64,000 bases of DNA from Myxococcota bacterium (GTDB lineage Bacteria > Myxococcota_A > UBA9160 > JAFDDA01). The notes under the pieces are model-generated. The model searched no databases. It had not been told where the DNA came from and saw only the letters and a list, made by a program, of their open reading frames with translations. The stretch spans positions 1,568,001-1,632,000 of the forward strand of contig OZ245817.1 of NCBI GenBank assembly GCA_965228475.1, given 5' to 3'. Made by a program: the position numbers and the translations under genes. Positions 45,201-52,145 of the stretch are shown here, piece by piece. Each line of letters begins with the position of its first letter. Position 1 is the first letter of the stretch.

Positions 45201-48189
45201 AACGGTCTCGATCGCAGGTCCCTTCTCGGGCCGGTACCTGAGGCTCGCGGCGCTCACGCAGGGCGCGCCCCTGCCGGTCGCGGACCTTCGCGCTGCGGGA
45301 GCCCCGATCGCGCTCCCGGACGTGACCGTTCGCGTGCTCGACGCCCTCGGCGACGCGGACGGCGACGGCATCCCGAACGGGGTGGAGGTCGCGAACGGCC
45401 TGAACCCCCTCGTCGACGATGCCGCGGACGATCCCGATGGCGACGGTCTCGGCAACGCCGAAGAGGTGGGTCTCGGGACGGATCCCTTCGCCAGCGACAC
45501 CGATGGCGATGGCCTGCTCGACGGCGAAGAAGCGAACACCACGGGAACGGACCCCCTCGATCCGGACAGCGACGGCGACGGCATCGAAGACGGGCAGGAC
45601 CTGGCGACCGGACCGCGCCTGATCGAGCTCGCACCCGCCGACGGCGCGACGAACGTCTCCGTGCGACCGATCGTCCGCGCCCGCTTCGACGAGCCGATCG
45701 ACGAGACCACCGTCGACGCGAGCCGATTCCAGCTCCTCGACCCGGCCGACGCCCCCGTTCCCGCCACGGTGGCGCTCACCGAGGGCGGCCGGGTGCTCAC
45801 GCTGACGCCCGACGGTCCGCTCGCCTTCGAGGCCGCCTACACGGTGGTGCTCTCGGAGGAGCTCGCGGCCGACGACGGCAACGGCATCACGGCCGCCGAC
45901 GGCAGCGCGATCGCGCCGGCCCGGTTCACCACGGGCAGCTTCGGCCTGACGAACCCTGCCGATGGGGCCCGCCTGCTCGAGGGCGACGTCATCGAGCTGG
46001 CGGCCAGCGGCAGCGCCGCCCTCGGCATCGCCCAGGTCGATTTCGAGGTGAACGGTGCGCTCGCGGCCGAGGACACCGAGGAGCCCTTCGCGACGCCCTA
46101 TGCCGTCCCCGCGGCAACGGATGCGCCGGCGCTCGAGATCGTCGCCATCGCGCGGGACGCGGAGGGCGTCGAGATCCAGCGCGACACGGTGAACGTCGAG
46201 GTCATCGTCGGCCTGCGCTCGGGCGTCCGCCTGCTCGGCGTGCCGCTCGGCGGAACGGCCGCATGGCGTCTCGAGCTGCCGGTCCCGCGCCTCGACGACC
46301 TCCCGGTGACCTTCGAGGTCGTCGACGAGACGATCGCCTCGGCGCCGGCCGCCGCGGTGCTGCCCGCGGGCGAGACGGTCCTGGCGCTTCCGATCACCGG
46401 TCTCACCGAAGGCGCGACCCTCGTCATCGCACGAACGGAGCAGGACGAGGTGGTGCTGACGGCCTCCGTGAGCCAACCGCTCTCCGGTCAGACGCTCGAT
46501 GCCGTCGCCGTGTCGATCGGCGCGGTCGTCCGGCCCTTCCCGAGCGCCGGGGTGGTGGTCGTGCCGGCCTCCTCCTCTGCGACGGTGAGCGTCCAGCTGC
46601 TCGAAGCGCCCGCGCCCGCGGCGACGCCGGTCACGGTCGAGAGCCTCGATCCGGCGATCGCCGACGCCGTCGTCGGGGTCACCGTGCCGGCGGGCGAGAC
46701 CCAGGCGGAGGTCACCGTCCTCTCCGGCATCGAAGGGGAGACGAAGCTGAACCTGCGCGCCGGGAACGAGGGCCGGGAGCTCCGCGTCGTCGTCGGCGCC
46801 GTCGCGCCGGACCGGACGACGCCGGTGGTCGCCCGCCCTGTCGGCGCGGCCGTCCGCAACTTCCCCTTCGCCGGGCAGGTCGTCGTCCCGGCCGGCGGCG
46901 AGAGCACGATCACCGTGCAGGCGCTCTCCGGGCCCGCGGGCACCGAGACGCCGGTCTCCGTCACGAGCAGTGCTCCGGGCGTCGCAGAGGTCTCCGGCAC
47001 GCCCGTGGTCGGCGTCGGCGAGACCGACGTGGCGTTGACGATCGTGCCGGGCGCCGAGGGCCAGGCGATTCTCACCATCGTGGCCGGCGGCGAGGGCCGC
47101 GAAGTGCGCGTGATCGTCGGCGAGCCCGCGGCGGACCGCGTGATCCCCGTCGTCGCGCGGCCCGTCGGTGCGGCGGTCCGAAACTTCCCCTCGGCGGGCC
47201 AGGTCGTGGCCGATCCGGAGACCGTGCAGACGGTCACGATCGACCTGCTCGACGCGCCCGCCGTCGGAGCCACCCCGGCAAACGTGAGAAGCACCGACCC
47301 GGCAGTCGCGCAGGTCACGACGCCGGTGATCGTGCCCGACGGCGCGACGTCCGCGACGCTCGTGATCGAGGTCGGCGTCGAAGGCGACGCGATCCTGAGC
47401 GTCACCGCGGCCGGCTCCGGCCGCGAGGTCCGCGTGGTGTCTGGCCCGCTCGCCCCGAACCGGACGGCGCCCGTCGTCGCCCGGCCGGTCGGCGCCGCGG
47501 TGCGCAGCCTGCCTTCGGCCGGGAACGTGATCCTCCCGGAGGCCGCGACCCGGACCGTGCGCGTGGAGCTTCTGGGTTCGGGGGCGTCGGAGCCGATCCC
47601 CGTCGTCATCACGAGCGGCGACGCAGGCGTCGCGACGGTCCTCGGCGCGCCCACGATCGGAGCCGGCGAGACCGGCGTGGACCTCGAGATCGCCGCGGGC
47701 GCCGCGGGCCGCACGGCCTTCACCCTCGTTGCGGGCACGGTCGCCCGCGAACTCAGCGTCGTGGTCGGGGATGCGTCGTCGTCGACGACGCCCCCGGTCG
47801 TGGCCCGGCCGGTCGGTGCGGTGGTGCGCGAGGACGGCGGGCTCGGAGCGCTATATCTCGAGCCCGGCGGATCGCGCCTCACCACGCTCACCGTCCTCCC
47901 GTTCCCGTCCCTCGCGGATCTCCCGGTCACGGCGAGCAGCGACGATCCCGGCGTCGCCGGCCTGAGCCCCTCGAGCCAGACGCTCTTCACCGGAACCCGA
48001 ACGATCACGCTGAACATCACCGCCGGCGGAACGCCGGGGGCGACCCGGATCCTCGTGGACGTCCCGGGCCGCCCGCAGGAGAGCCTGCGCGTCTTCGTCG
48101 GCGAGGTGCCGACAGCAGAAGTCCCCACGACCGTGGCGCCGCCCGTCGGCGTCGAGGTCGAAACCCCCGTCGATGAGGGGCCGTTTTGA
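36262..48189 (+). CDS. Giant (3975 aa) exported protein: carboxypeptidase-regulatory-like and Ig-like repeats, TSP3-like Ca-binding repeats, C-terminal 108-aa repeats
   Basis: Sec signal MSRLCTLLGVALALFANAASA-Q; many GxVxGxV..TDxxGxFxFxxVPxGxY units; ITFSEAL/RFDEPID..DLAGN units; DxDGDG repeats; 8-bp overlap with the upstream giant gene. Confidence 0.9.
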   Translation: MSRLCTLLGVALALFANAASAQVVRPLAVLEMRVQGVGAIVSPETLAVPKGIAGSIRVDVIAGDSSGAAATSTLPDTAIVEATLRGPSFPARRILGLPGEPILLPALPLVGDYRLDGIRILDEATGEVLVEGNPASIPIQVFEEVLVSRVTSRPLTLDEIRGKGIVIDDSNFRAVEFEVGFVVDGQTFPVKFPVVAPRFAQSTEIIPTAEVEAALVEAERINRELGIDASLPPELEASGLNIEVQGINVQLVDPGGEVDLELQVPPIPALVVIPGNIGYLNQFFSVQLYTENASPLGSGLSVHGLEAQLDLPPGPDRIAAAPELSCRDAGDDPLRFARVGEAAAIEPVQPVVTPGFDGVLGTPDDGTRLQPGDTGQAEFLVEGCREGLHVMDISLRGRLDGLVAGTVDIEGRASGSVLVRNPNFSLAFTHPRTIRTGEPYTASVTLLNTSFTAANLVSVTLPEASISGAEFADPEFDGTIELGTILPGETATAEFELLAQRTGSITFSQLTSDSDVTGRFRLKMGVDERGVALSPDAVGFPEFAGEVEERLPDLFAAANRVLGQALSVASAPQRPAGVLALGKSVVRQRVLEVAEAGQRLRYGDSVERVLLDWALDWQGARRASPGFDQILRETDAGRLYREALAAALEAATGQGAAAALLDRAADLAGRGETWTFVGAPAGIDPVRLEGEERATLGESALERVVGYRGALGGWVAGPASAAALHRFEVTSDVGSQTIWRLDLLGDGSGVLREWSAPGALAGDCFVHEGGDALSVDAGCDGSLEETLTASATPVVEAGPEVLAAIQDITVNTGRPRRTCDGPTEYRNYGTVVAVLFSKAMAQAGIDAPGAFRLDNGVEATSVQIQPGGRVALLQLASAVGTLRERQLGVDGIVDPRGNPLEAASVPVQATADLGVSIVGRVALANGEPAPGVPVTLTMYDSQSTSFECIPFVSRVSQVESDEEGRFSFDFVLAGLPYSLSATNTVGLSGAAVELILESAQGDAFTREKLQELASLPENRDTLLEAFAIGAIPEAIALAEGLDRALLRDRIAAGSPRVGTEVPVALRFRGRGSVAGVVLDAAGFPVADVAVNLFPDVGSRELGRGVFSDDQGQFAFFGVPLGAYSIEAVAPDGTSRRVSGRVDRADEADEIEIVLSAEVIATTGLSGRVLDPDAMTGHGGARVFVGRFEGGAFGNVVAAATADSEGFWSVDGVPVGGWDVVAVSFDGRTKATRMGVAASEGVTSRVSLVLQGRATVVGRVEFANGQSVPGAMVAGGEGIVTTDENGAFRLEGVPTGQSSISAGLAKDPAAGIDFTRLGSATVDVVPGQENFAVIRLEPRGRIQGRVFDAAGNLLTGVNVAIPFPGGGGFYWTEVDEEGRYAFDNLPLGEWVVSAPAPPVADKDVGDILSVIASPDSTQGEILAAIGDAFAIFTGANDPLLNGEGLEFNPLSWGFQNVSLAADGETVERDVRFFRNGTIAGTVLNGQDVPIGARVRLTGIGPSPAGAPTMVIRGERNSDAALGTFEFPGQALAGDWGIQVASPFFPDPIATSGRTNDASPDALGLTLQFPPESEVNGRLAGVVLGPDGLPVGEDVLVRISFGDLEIRTNPEGRFDTQLDLPAVDDRGRRRSYQVEAEDGAGLRGRTIAAMSPGITTEVEVRLLARGGVALTVFDASGNRVEGASVEIRGGGFPYEHFPGLPTNAAGEVSLGNLTEGPYAAEARIASGPTTICGRVGFTVVAGETVTATVVLRPTGTVAGLFVEEDGETPIPFAQIDVQGLGFAATDVAGAFEIEGIPLGNYRIVAQDPVNGRLAIGEASVGFEGERVEVLLRVRRLAEVHGAVISGFGDALVPGATVTLGVLDGITPSRSVTTDPGGFFVFPGVPSGPFSLSATDPVRPGVAAGVAAVMPDDVDEFRVDLALSALVNVSGTVYRSDGFTPATEATVTLTGNSFSQSADTDALGRVRFTGLRAGRLDVRARSNAVGRMRSAGEIEHAASQRGEAPEFTVTLAGVGTVGGRLLSSDGTTPVEGREVRLEMTGDFVRDTATVLSSADGSFAFDDVPVGDFRLTATDAALAATASGTIAVPGEHRDLDLVLSASGSVAGRLLRADGSPAPGQDVLLAFVPPSGLLGRALVETGADGSFQFNEVPVGPVSVAVAALGFSGIVNRDAELVTNGELLDLGDLTLDEVEPAVVDSDPFPQDEDVPTDVPIRITFSEALAPESVDESGIYLRSVAGVVPAETVLVEDDASGELRLVEIRPDAELESETAYEAVVLAGELRDALGGLIGSGPRDLAGRPLRVSAIIPFTTRDSRPPERLSFTPGAGQIQVDPSAVIRLSYDEPLRSDEIVVTLRDGGGQELPGRVDVGVGQQVVVFTPDAFLDPNALYSVTVDGIRDLAGNAAVDLPLERSFATLDTVGPTISELRVVGGAAPVAGAILPIEAVLAQPEAAASVRMTADLVVFGQSTPGSLTLPYEVPADGQVTIRGIAIDRFGNEGPIGPELVLDVVPNQPPSVIFMPVTPPGGPVATGETLEVEVSASDDVGVVEIRAAAQGACTAPLATSAGAPIRVTCTVDPEAGPEDAIEILAEAIDGAGASSGEQAFAVGLADGTAPTVAIVSPGADEEVAAGMTLSVEVDAADRFGVTEIVLEASGALTEQQTITPPAPETEGRYVFGLDVPAELDAGEEIVLLATARDAAGFERSAELRFRTADLVGPTLVEILPVQDALDRSAVPVLRARFDEPIDPTSLPIDGFVLAEEGGPNLATHLGLGDDGHTLTLRPQAPLALGGRYEWNFAGGVTDLSGNVLTATDGTPFVAVAQAFTVGTADIVAPADGTVLIEGEPLQLAVDAARLPGTRRLTFFGNAAELGSDESEPFVLDGTVPTQADLGGDTWTLGADVNGGDLAAGRPVSLGGAGVAWREVDLGAVAGLEGVEVDLSADAAFALLLAEAPFDESDFAGSGLPAGFRNGAIEIHRSVAPENGTVSIAGPFSGRYLRLAALTQGAPLPVADLRAAGAPIALPDVTVRVLDALGDADGDGIPNGVEVANGLNPLVDDAADDPDGDGLGNAEEVGLGTDPFASDTDGDGLLDGEEANTTGTDPLDPDSDGDGIEDGQDLATGPRLIELAPADGATNVSVRPIVRARFDEPIDETTVDASRFQLLDPADAPVPATVALTEGGRVLTLTPDGPLAFEAAYTVVLSEELAADDGNGITAADGSAIAPARFTTGSFGLTNPADGARLLEGDVIELAASGSAALGIAQVDFEVNGALAAEDTEEPFATPYAVPAATDAPALEIVAIARDAEGVEIQRDTVNVEVIVGLRSGVRLLGVPLGGTAAWRLELPVPRLDDLPVTFEVVDETIASAPAAAVLPAGETVLALPITGLTEGATLVIARTEQDEVVLTASVSQPLSGQTLDAVAVSIGAVVRPFPSAGVVVVPASSSATVSVQLLEAPAPAATPVTVESLDPAIADAVVGVTVPAGETQAEVTVLSGIEGETKLNLRAGNEGRELRVVVGAVAPDRTTPVVARPVGAAVRNFPFAGQVVVPAGGESTITVQALSGPAGTETPVSVTSSAPGVAEVSGTPVVGVGETDVALTIVPGAEGQAILTIVAGGEGREVRVIVGEPAADRVIPVVARPVGAAVRNFPSAGQVVADPETVQTVTIDLLDAPAVGATPANVRSTDPAVAQVTTPVIVPDGATSATLVIEVGVEGDAILSVTAAGSGREVRVVSGPLAPNRTAPVVARPVGAAVRSLPSAGNVILPEAATRTVRVELLGSGASEPIPVVITSGDAGVATVLGAPTIGAGETGVDLEIAAGAAGRTAFTLVAGTVARELSVVVGDASSSTTPPVVARPVGAVVREDGGLGALYLEPGGSRLTTLTVLPFPSLADLPVTASSDDPGVAGLSPSSQTLFTGTRTITLNITAGGTPGATRILVDVPGRPQESLRVFVGEVPTAEVPTTVAPPVGVEVETPVDEGPF
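45352..45600 (+). repeat. Four DxDGDG thrombospondin type 3-like calcium-binding repeats
   Basis: DADGDGIPNGVE, DPDGDGLGNAEE, DTDGDGLLDGEE, DSDGDGIEDGQD. Confidence 0.85.
46498..48160 (+). repeat. Tandem 324-bp (108-aa) protein repeats marked by PVVARPVGAAVR
   Basis: Motif starts at 46498 (degenerate), 46822, 47146, 47470, 47794 and 48127 (TTVAPPVG). Confidence 0.9.
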
Positions 48190-48206
48190 GTTGGAAGGAG
48201 TCGAAC

Positions 48207-49514
48207 ATGGAACGACGAAACACGCTGACAAGAAGGAGCACGTGGCTCACCGGGTTCGTCCTGGCGGGGCTCGCCCTGGCTCTTGCGCCGAGTGCGCAGG
48301 CCCAGAGCTTCGACATCTGCGGCTGTGAGGGAAGTCCGGACTCGCTCGGAGACTTCGTGTCGGGCGACCCGGAGACCTGGCCCGAGGGGACTCAATACTC
48401 GAGCGGCAGCTCCTTCATCGGGCTGCCGCCGACCGAGGACGGCGTGCACGTCTTCGACAACGTCACGATCTCCAACTTGCCGAGCGGCCGCCAGGCCTAC
48501 CTGTACTTCCAGCGCAACGGAAAGAACTCGCCGGCGACCCTGCTCGTCAGCGGGAATCTGGTCATCGGTAGTGGGGACCAGATCAACGTCGACGGCGGGC
48601 CTGGAACGAGCGGGAACGGTTCGGTCGCGGGCCTGGGCGGGAACGGCAGCCCCGGAGGCTTCGCAGGCGGCGACGCGGCCTTCCCGGCTTCGAACCTCGA
48701 GACCGACGGCGGGGCCGGGGTCGGACCCGGCGGAGGCCTGGGCTCCGTGGGCTACGCCGCGGGGGGTGGCGGAGTCTTCGTCGGCACGCCGGAGCTTCGC
48801 CCGCTGCTCGGGGGATCGGGCGGCGGCGGCGGCGGCGCGACTGCGGGCTGCAGCTCCGGCGCGGGAGGCGGCGGCGGCGGTGGCGGCGCCGTCTTGATCG
48901 CCGTCAACGGAACCGTGACCGTCACCGGATCCATCGAGGCGGACGGCGGGAACGGCGGCAGCACCAGCAACGGCAACTGTGCGACCGGCGGCGCGGGCGG
49001 CAGCGGCGGCGCGATCCGGATCCTCGCGAACCAGGTCGTCGGCAACGGCGGGATCTTCGCTCGAGGTGGTGCGGCCGGCTACTTGAGCAATGGCGGGTCC
49101 CCCGGTGTCATTCGCATGGAGGTGATCTCCAACAGCTACGGCACGAACACGGATCCGGTGGCGCTCCGCCTGGCCGCGCCGGGGCCGCTGGCCAATCCCA
49201 TCACGCCGATGGTTGCCATCACGGCCATCGACGGGGCTGCGACGCCCGCCGAGCCGATCGGCTACCTCGGCGACATGGACATGATCGTCTCCGCCCCCGG
49301 CTCGATCCAGATGGACCTCGAGACGAGCGCGGTGCCGAGCGGAACGGACGTCGAGGTCACGGTGAAGCCGAAGCTCGGCGATCCGCCGATCGTCGAGCGG
49401 GTGACCCTCGAGGCCGCCAACTGCAGCGCGGGCGTCTGCACCGCCGCCGTGAACGTCGACCTCGACCCGGGCGCCTACATCGTGGAGGCCCGCGCCACGT
49501 TCGAGACGCCCTAG
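48207..49514 (+). CDS. Exported glycine-rich protein
   Basis: SD ggaaggag; signal ..FVLAGLALALAPSAQA-Q; GGSGGGGGG, GGGGGGGGAVLI, GGAGGSGGAIRI blocks; several Cys. Confidence 0.85.
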   Translation: MERRNTLTRRSTWLTGFVLAGLALALAPSAQAQSFDICGCEGSPDSLGDFVSGDPETWPEGTQYSSGSSFIGLPPTEDGVHVFDNVTISNLPSGRQAYLYFQRNGKNSPATLLVSGNLVIGSGDQINVDGGPGTSGNGSVAGLGGNGSPGGFAGGDAAFPASNLETDGGAGVGPGGGLGSVGYAAGGGGVFVGTPELRPLLGGSGGGGGGATAGCSSGAGGGGGGGGAVLIAVNGTVTVTGSIEADGGNGGSTSNGNCATGGAGGSGGAIRILANQVVGNGGIFARGGAAGYLSNGGSPGVIRMEVISNSYGTNTDPVALRLAAPGPLANPITPMVAITAIDGAATPAEPIGYLGDMDMIVSAPGSIQMDLETSAVPSGTDVEVTVKPKLGDPPIVERVTLEAANCSAGVCTAAVNVDLDPGAYIVEARATFETP

Positions 49515-49593
49515 GCCGACGCGAGCAGGCGCGAGCACCCCGAGCCCGCTCGCGTTGACGGCGCTCGGGGGGCGAGTTACCCACTCGTCCTCC

Positions 49594-49667
49594 GGCGCCG
49601 TGGCCAAGTGGTAAGGCAGAGGACTGCAAATCCTTTATCCCCGGTTCGAATCCGGGCGGCGCCTCCA
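49594..49667 (+). tRNA. tRNA-Cys(GCA)
   Basis: GGCGCCG/CGGCGCC acceptor stem, anticodon loop ctGCAaa, GTTCGAATC, encoded CCA. Confidence 0.97.
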
Positions 49668-49695
49668 GCCTCTCTTCCCTCCGACCCATCCGTCC

Positions 49696-50058
49696 CTAGA
49701 TCTGGATGCGGTAGCCGTCCGGATCGGCCACGAACGCGGTCGGGAGCCCTCCCGCCAGCGTGTCGCGCTCCAGCAATCGCCCGCCGGCCGCCTCGACCTC
49801 CTTGATCGCGCTCTCGAGGTCCGCCGCGTCTTCGAGCGGGAAGCCGAAGTGGTCGATGCCTCCCTGATGGCCGACGCGCTCGCTGTGCTCTTCCTTGAGG
49901 GTGACGACCTCGGCCGTTCCCGGCGTCTGGAGGAAGGCCATCTGGCGTTCTTCGTGGCGCAGGATGACGCGCAGACCGAACGCGCTCTCGTAGAACGCGA
50001 TCGAGCGTTCGAGGTCCGCCACGACGAGGTGGATGTGGATCATTCCCTTGTGTCTCAT
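49696..50058 (-). CDS. VOC/glyoxalase family protein
   Basis: HIHLVVADLERSIAFY..FG, IDHFGF, FVADPDGYRIQI; start overlaps the MFS stop. Confidence 0.9.
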   Translation of the reverse strand: MRHKGMIHIHLVVADLERSIAFYESAFGLRVILRHEERQMAFLQTPGTAEVVTLKEEHSERVGHQGGIDHFGFPLEDAADLESAIKEVEAAGGRLLERDTLAGGLPTAFVADPDGYRIQI

Positions 50059-51308
50059 TGCCGGGTCTCCTGTTGGGGTTGTCGAGAGTCGATGTCCTCG
50101 AGCTCCTTGCCGGCCGTTTCCGGCAGGAAGAGCGCGACGGCTCCGGCGGCCAGGGCGGCGGCGGGGAGAACGCGGAGGATGGAGGGGCCGTGGCCGGCGC
50201 CCGCTTGATGGAACGCACTCTCCAAGGCGAGCCCGAGGGCCCCGCCGCCGGCGAGCGCGAGCATCCGGAGGCCCGAGGCGGTGGCCCGTTGCAGCGTCGG
50301 AAACATCTCGGTCCCGATGGCTCCGAGCAGCACGTCCGCCGCCATGAAGCCCATCATCATCGCGACCCAGGCCACGGCGACCTGACCCTCTCCGGTGTAG
50401 AAGCCCAGCGCGCCTGCCAGGTGGAGGGCGAGCGCTCCCAGCAGGACGGGGCGTCGGCCGAGACGGTCGGAGAGGGCTCCGGCCAGCGGATAGGCCACGA
50501 GCGCGAGTGTTCCGCCCCCGATGACGAGCCGGGTCACGTCCGGGGGCGAGTAGCCATGAACCTCTTGCAGGGTCTTCGAGACGAAGGCGAGGGCGGCGCC
50601 GGAGCTCGCGCCGAAGCCGGCCATGGCGACGAGGAGAGCGAGGCTGGCACCCCGTCGTGTGCGGAACAGCGCAGCGAGCTTCGCTCGCACGGACGGCGCC
50701 CCCTGGGAGGCGCGCTCGCGAGTGAACCGGGGGCTCTCCGCCAGGTTGCGGCGCATCCACCAGAGCAGCGGGAGGGGCAGGGCGCCGAGCAGATAGAGCG
50801 CGCGCCAGCCGAACGGCAGGTGCTCGACGAAGCCGTAGGCGATCGCCGCGAGCCCGTGGCCGGCGGCGCCGAAGATCGCGAGCCAGCCGAAGGCTCGCCC
50901 TCGAACGGCGGCGGGGAGTGCCTCCGCGACGAAGACGATCGCGATCACCTCTTCGGCGGCGATGCAAGCCCGGGCCAGGAACTGGAGCGCTCCGAAGGTC
51001 CGCGCATCGGGGGCGAAGGCGGAGAGGGTCGTCGTGAGGGCGAAGCCTGCGATCGTCAAAGCAAGGAGTCGTCGGCGCCCGGTGTGGTCTGCGGCGAGGG
51101 CGAAGCCGAGGGCCGCGATCGCGCCGAGACGCACCGCCGCGAGGAAGTTTCCCGTGCTCCCCTCGGCGATGCCGAGCTCGGCCTGGATCTGGGGCAGGGC
51201 GAGCCCGAGCAGGGCCATGTCGTATTGGTTCATGAGGAAGGTCAGGCCGAGGACCGAGACGAGGGAGAAGCCGCCAGGTCCGAAGCGCGGTTCGCGACGT
51301 TCCTTCAT
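50055..51308 (-). CDS. MFS transporter
   Basis: ADHTGRRRLL and LSDRLGRRP motif A copies, EMFPTLQRATA, about 12 TM; start may be 51323. Confidence 0.9.
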   Translation of the reverse strand: MKERREPRFGPGGFSLVSVLGLTFLMNQYDMALLGLALPQIQAELGIAEGSTGNFLAAVRLGAIAALGFALAADHTGRRRLLALTIAGFALTTTLSAFAPDARTFGALQFLARACIAAEEVIAIVFVAEALPAAVRGRAFGWLAIFGAAGHGLAAIAYGFVEHLPFGWRALYLLGALPLPLLWWMRRNLAESPRFTRERASQGAPSVRAKLAALFRTRRGASLALLVAMAGFGASSGAALAFVSKTLQEVHGYSPPDVTRLVIGGGTLALVAYPLAGALSDRLGRRPVLLGALALHLAGALGFYTGEGQVAVAWVAMMMGFMAADVLLGAIGTEMFPTLQRATASGLRMLALAGGGALGLALESAFHQAGAGHGPSILRVLPAAALAAGAVALFLPETAGKELEDIDSRQPQQETRQ

Positions 51309-51358
51309 CGCGCGGCCCTGCATCGGGTAGAGTCGAACCCGCCGATGAAGGAGATGGC

Positions 51359-52003
51359 ATGAGTCGACGCGAAGAGTCGGACATGCGCCGGCGTCCCCGG
51401 CAGAGTCGTTCGCGAGACCTGGTCGAGGCGATCCTCGTCGCGACGGAGCGCGTGATCGCCGCCCACGGCATCGAGGGTGCGACCACGAACCGGATCGCGG
51501 AGGTCGCCGGTGTCAGCATCGGTTCGCTCTACCAGTACTTCCCGAACAAGGATGCGCTCGTCGCGCTCGCACGAGAACGCAGCGCGGGCCGGTTCCAGGC
51601 CGACGTCGACCCCGAGGTCGAAAAGCTCCTCGAGCTCCCGCTCGAAGCCGCGGTCCGCGGCCTCGTCGGGCTGTTGATCGAGCGGCATCGCGAGGAGCTC
51701 GCGTTGCACAACGCGCTGGTCGAGACGCCGGACACGTTGCACGACGCCCTGCAGGAGCGTTGGGCCGGGGTCGTCGAAGCCTACCTGGCCGCGCACCGGG
51801 CCGAGATCCGGCCGACGAACCTCGCGCTCGCCGCGCGCATCGGTCTCGAGGTCATCGAATCCCTGACCCACGGCGTCGCGCTGCGCGACCCGGCCCTGCT
51901 CGAAGACCCCGAGTTCGCCGAAGAGCTGTGCGCGCTCCTGCTCGGCTACCTGCGCCGGTCTCCCGGATCTGGCGTCGCGTCCGTCCATCCCGAAAGAGGA
52001 TGA
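51359..52003 (+). CDS. TetR family transcriptional regulator
   Basis: PRQSRS..ATTNRIAEVAGVSIGSLYQYFPNKDAL; divergent from the MFS gene. Confidence 0.93.
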   Translation: MSRREESDMRRRPRQSRSRDLVEAILVATERVIAAHGIEGATTNRIAEVAGVSIGSLYQYFPNKDALVALARERSAGRFQADVDPEVEKLLELPLEAAVRGLVGLLIERHREELALHNALVETPDTLHDALQERWAGVVEAYLAAHRAEIRPTNLALAARIGLEVIESLTHGVALRDPALLEDPEFAEELCALLLGYLRRSPGSGVASVHPERG

Positions 52004-52145
52004 GGGGCCGGGCGCCGTCGGACCGCTCGCGTTCGAAGCCTGGAAGGGGAGCCGCAACTCCCTGCCGTTCCAGGAGAAAGGCGCTTTCCGGGGATGGCGT
52101 GGCGGGCGCTCGCCCGGCGCCACTCGCGTTCCGGTCCGCTTCGCC

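Noticed and set aside
48207..48260. Tat signal (TRRSTW) on the Gly-rich protein
   Set aside because: It lacks the RRxFL consensus; an ordinary Sec signal with AQA cleavage is more parsimonious.
20765..49667. Giant locus as a tRNA-Cys-integrated genomic island
   Set aside because: No integrase; the locus lies 5' of the tRNA; the only shared sequence found is 9 bp (ggttcgaat at 20765); GC and codon style look host-like.
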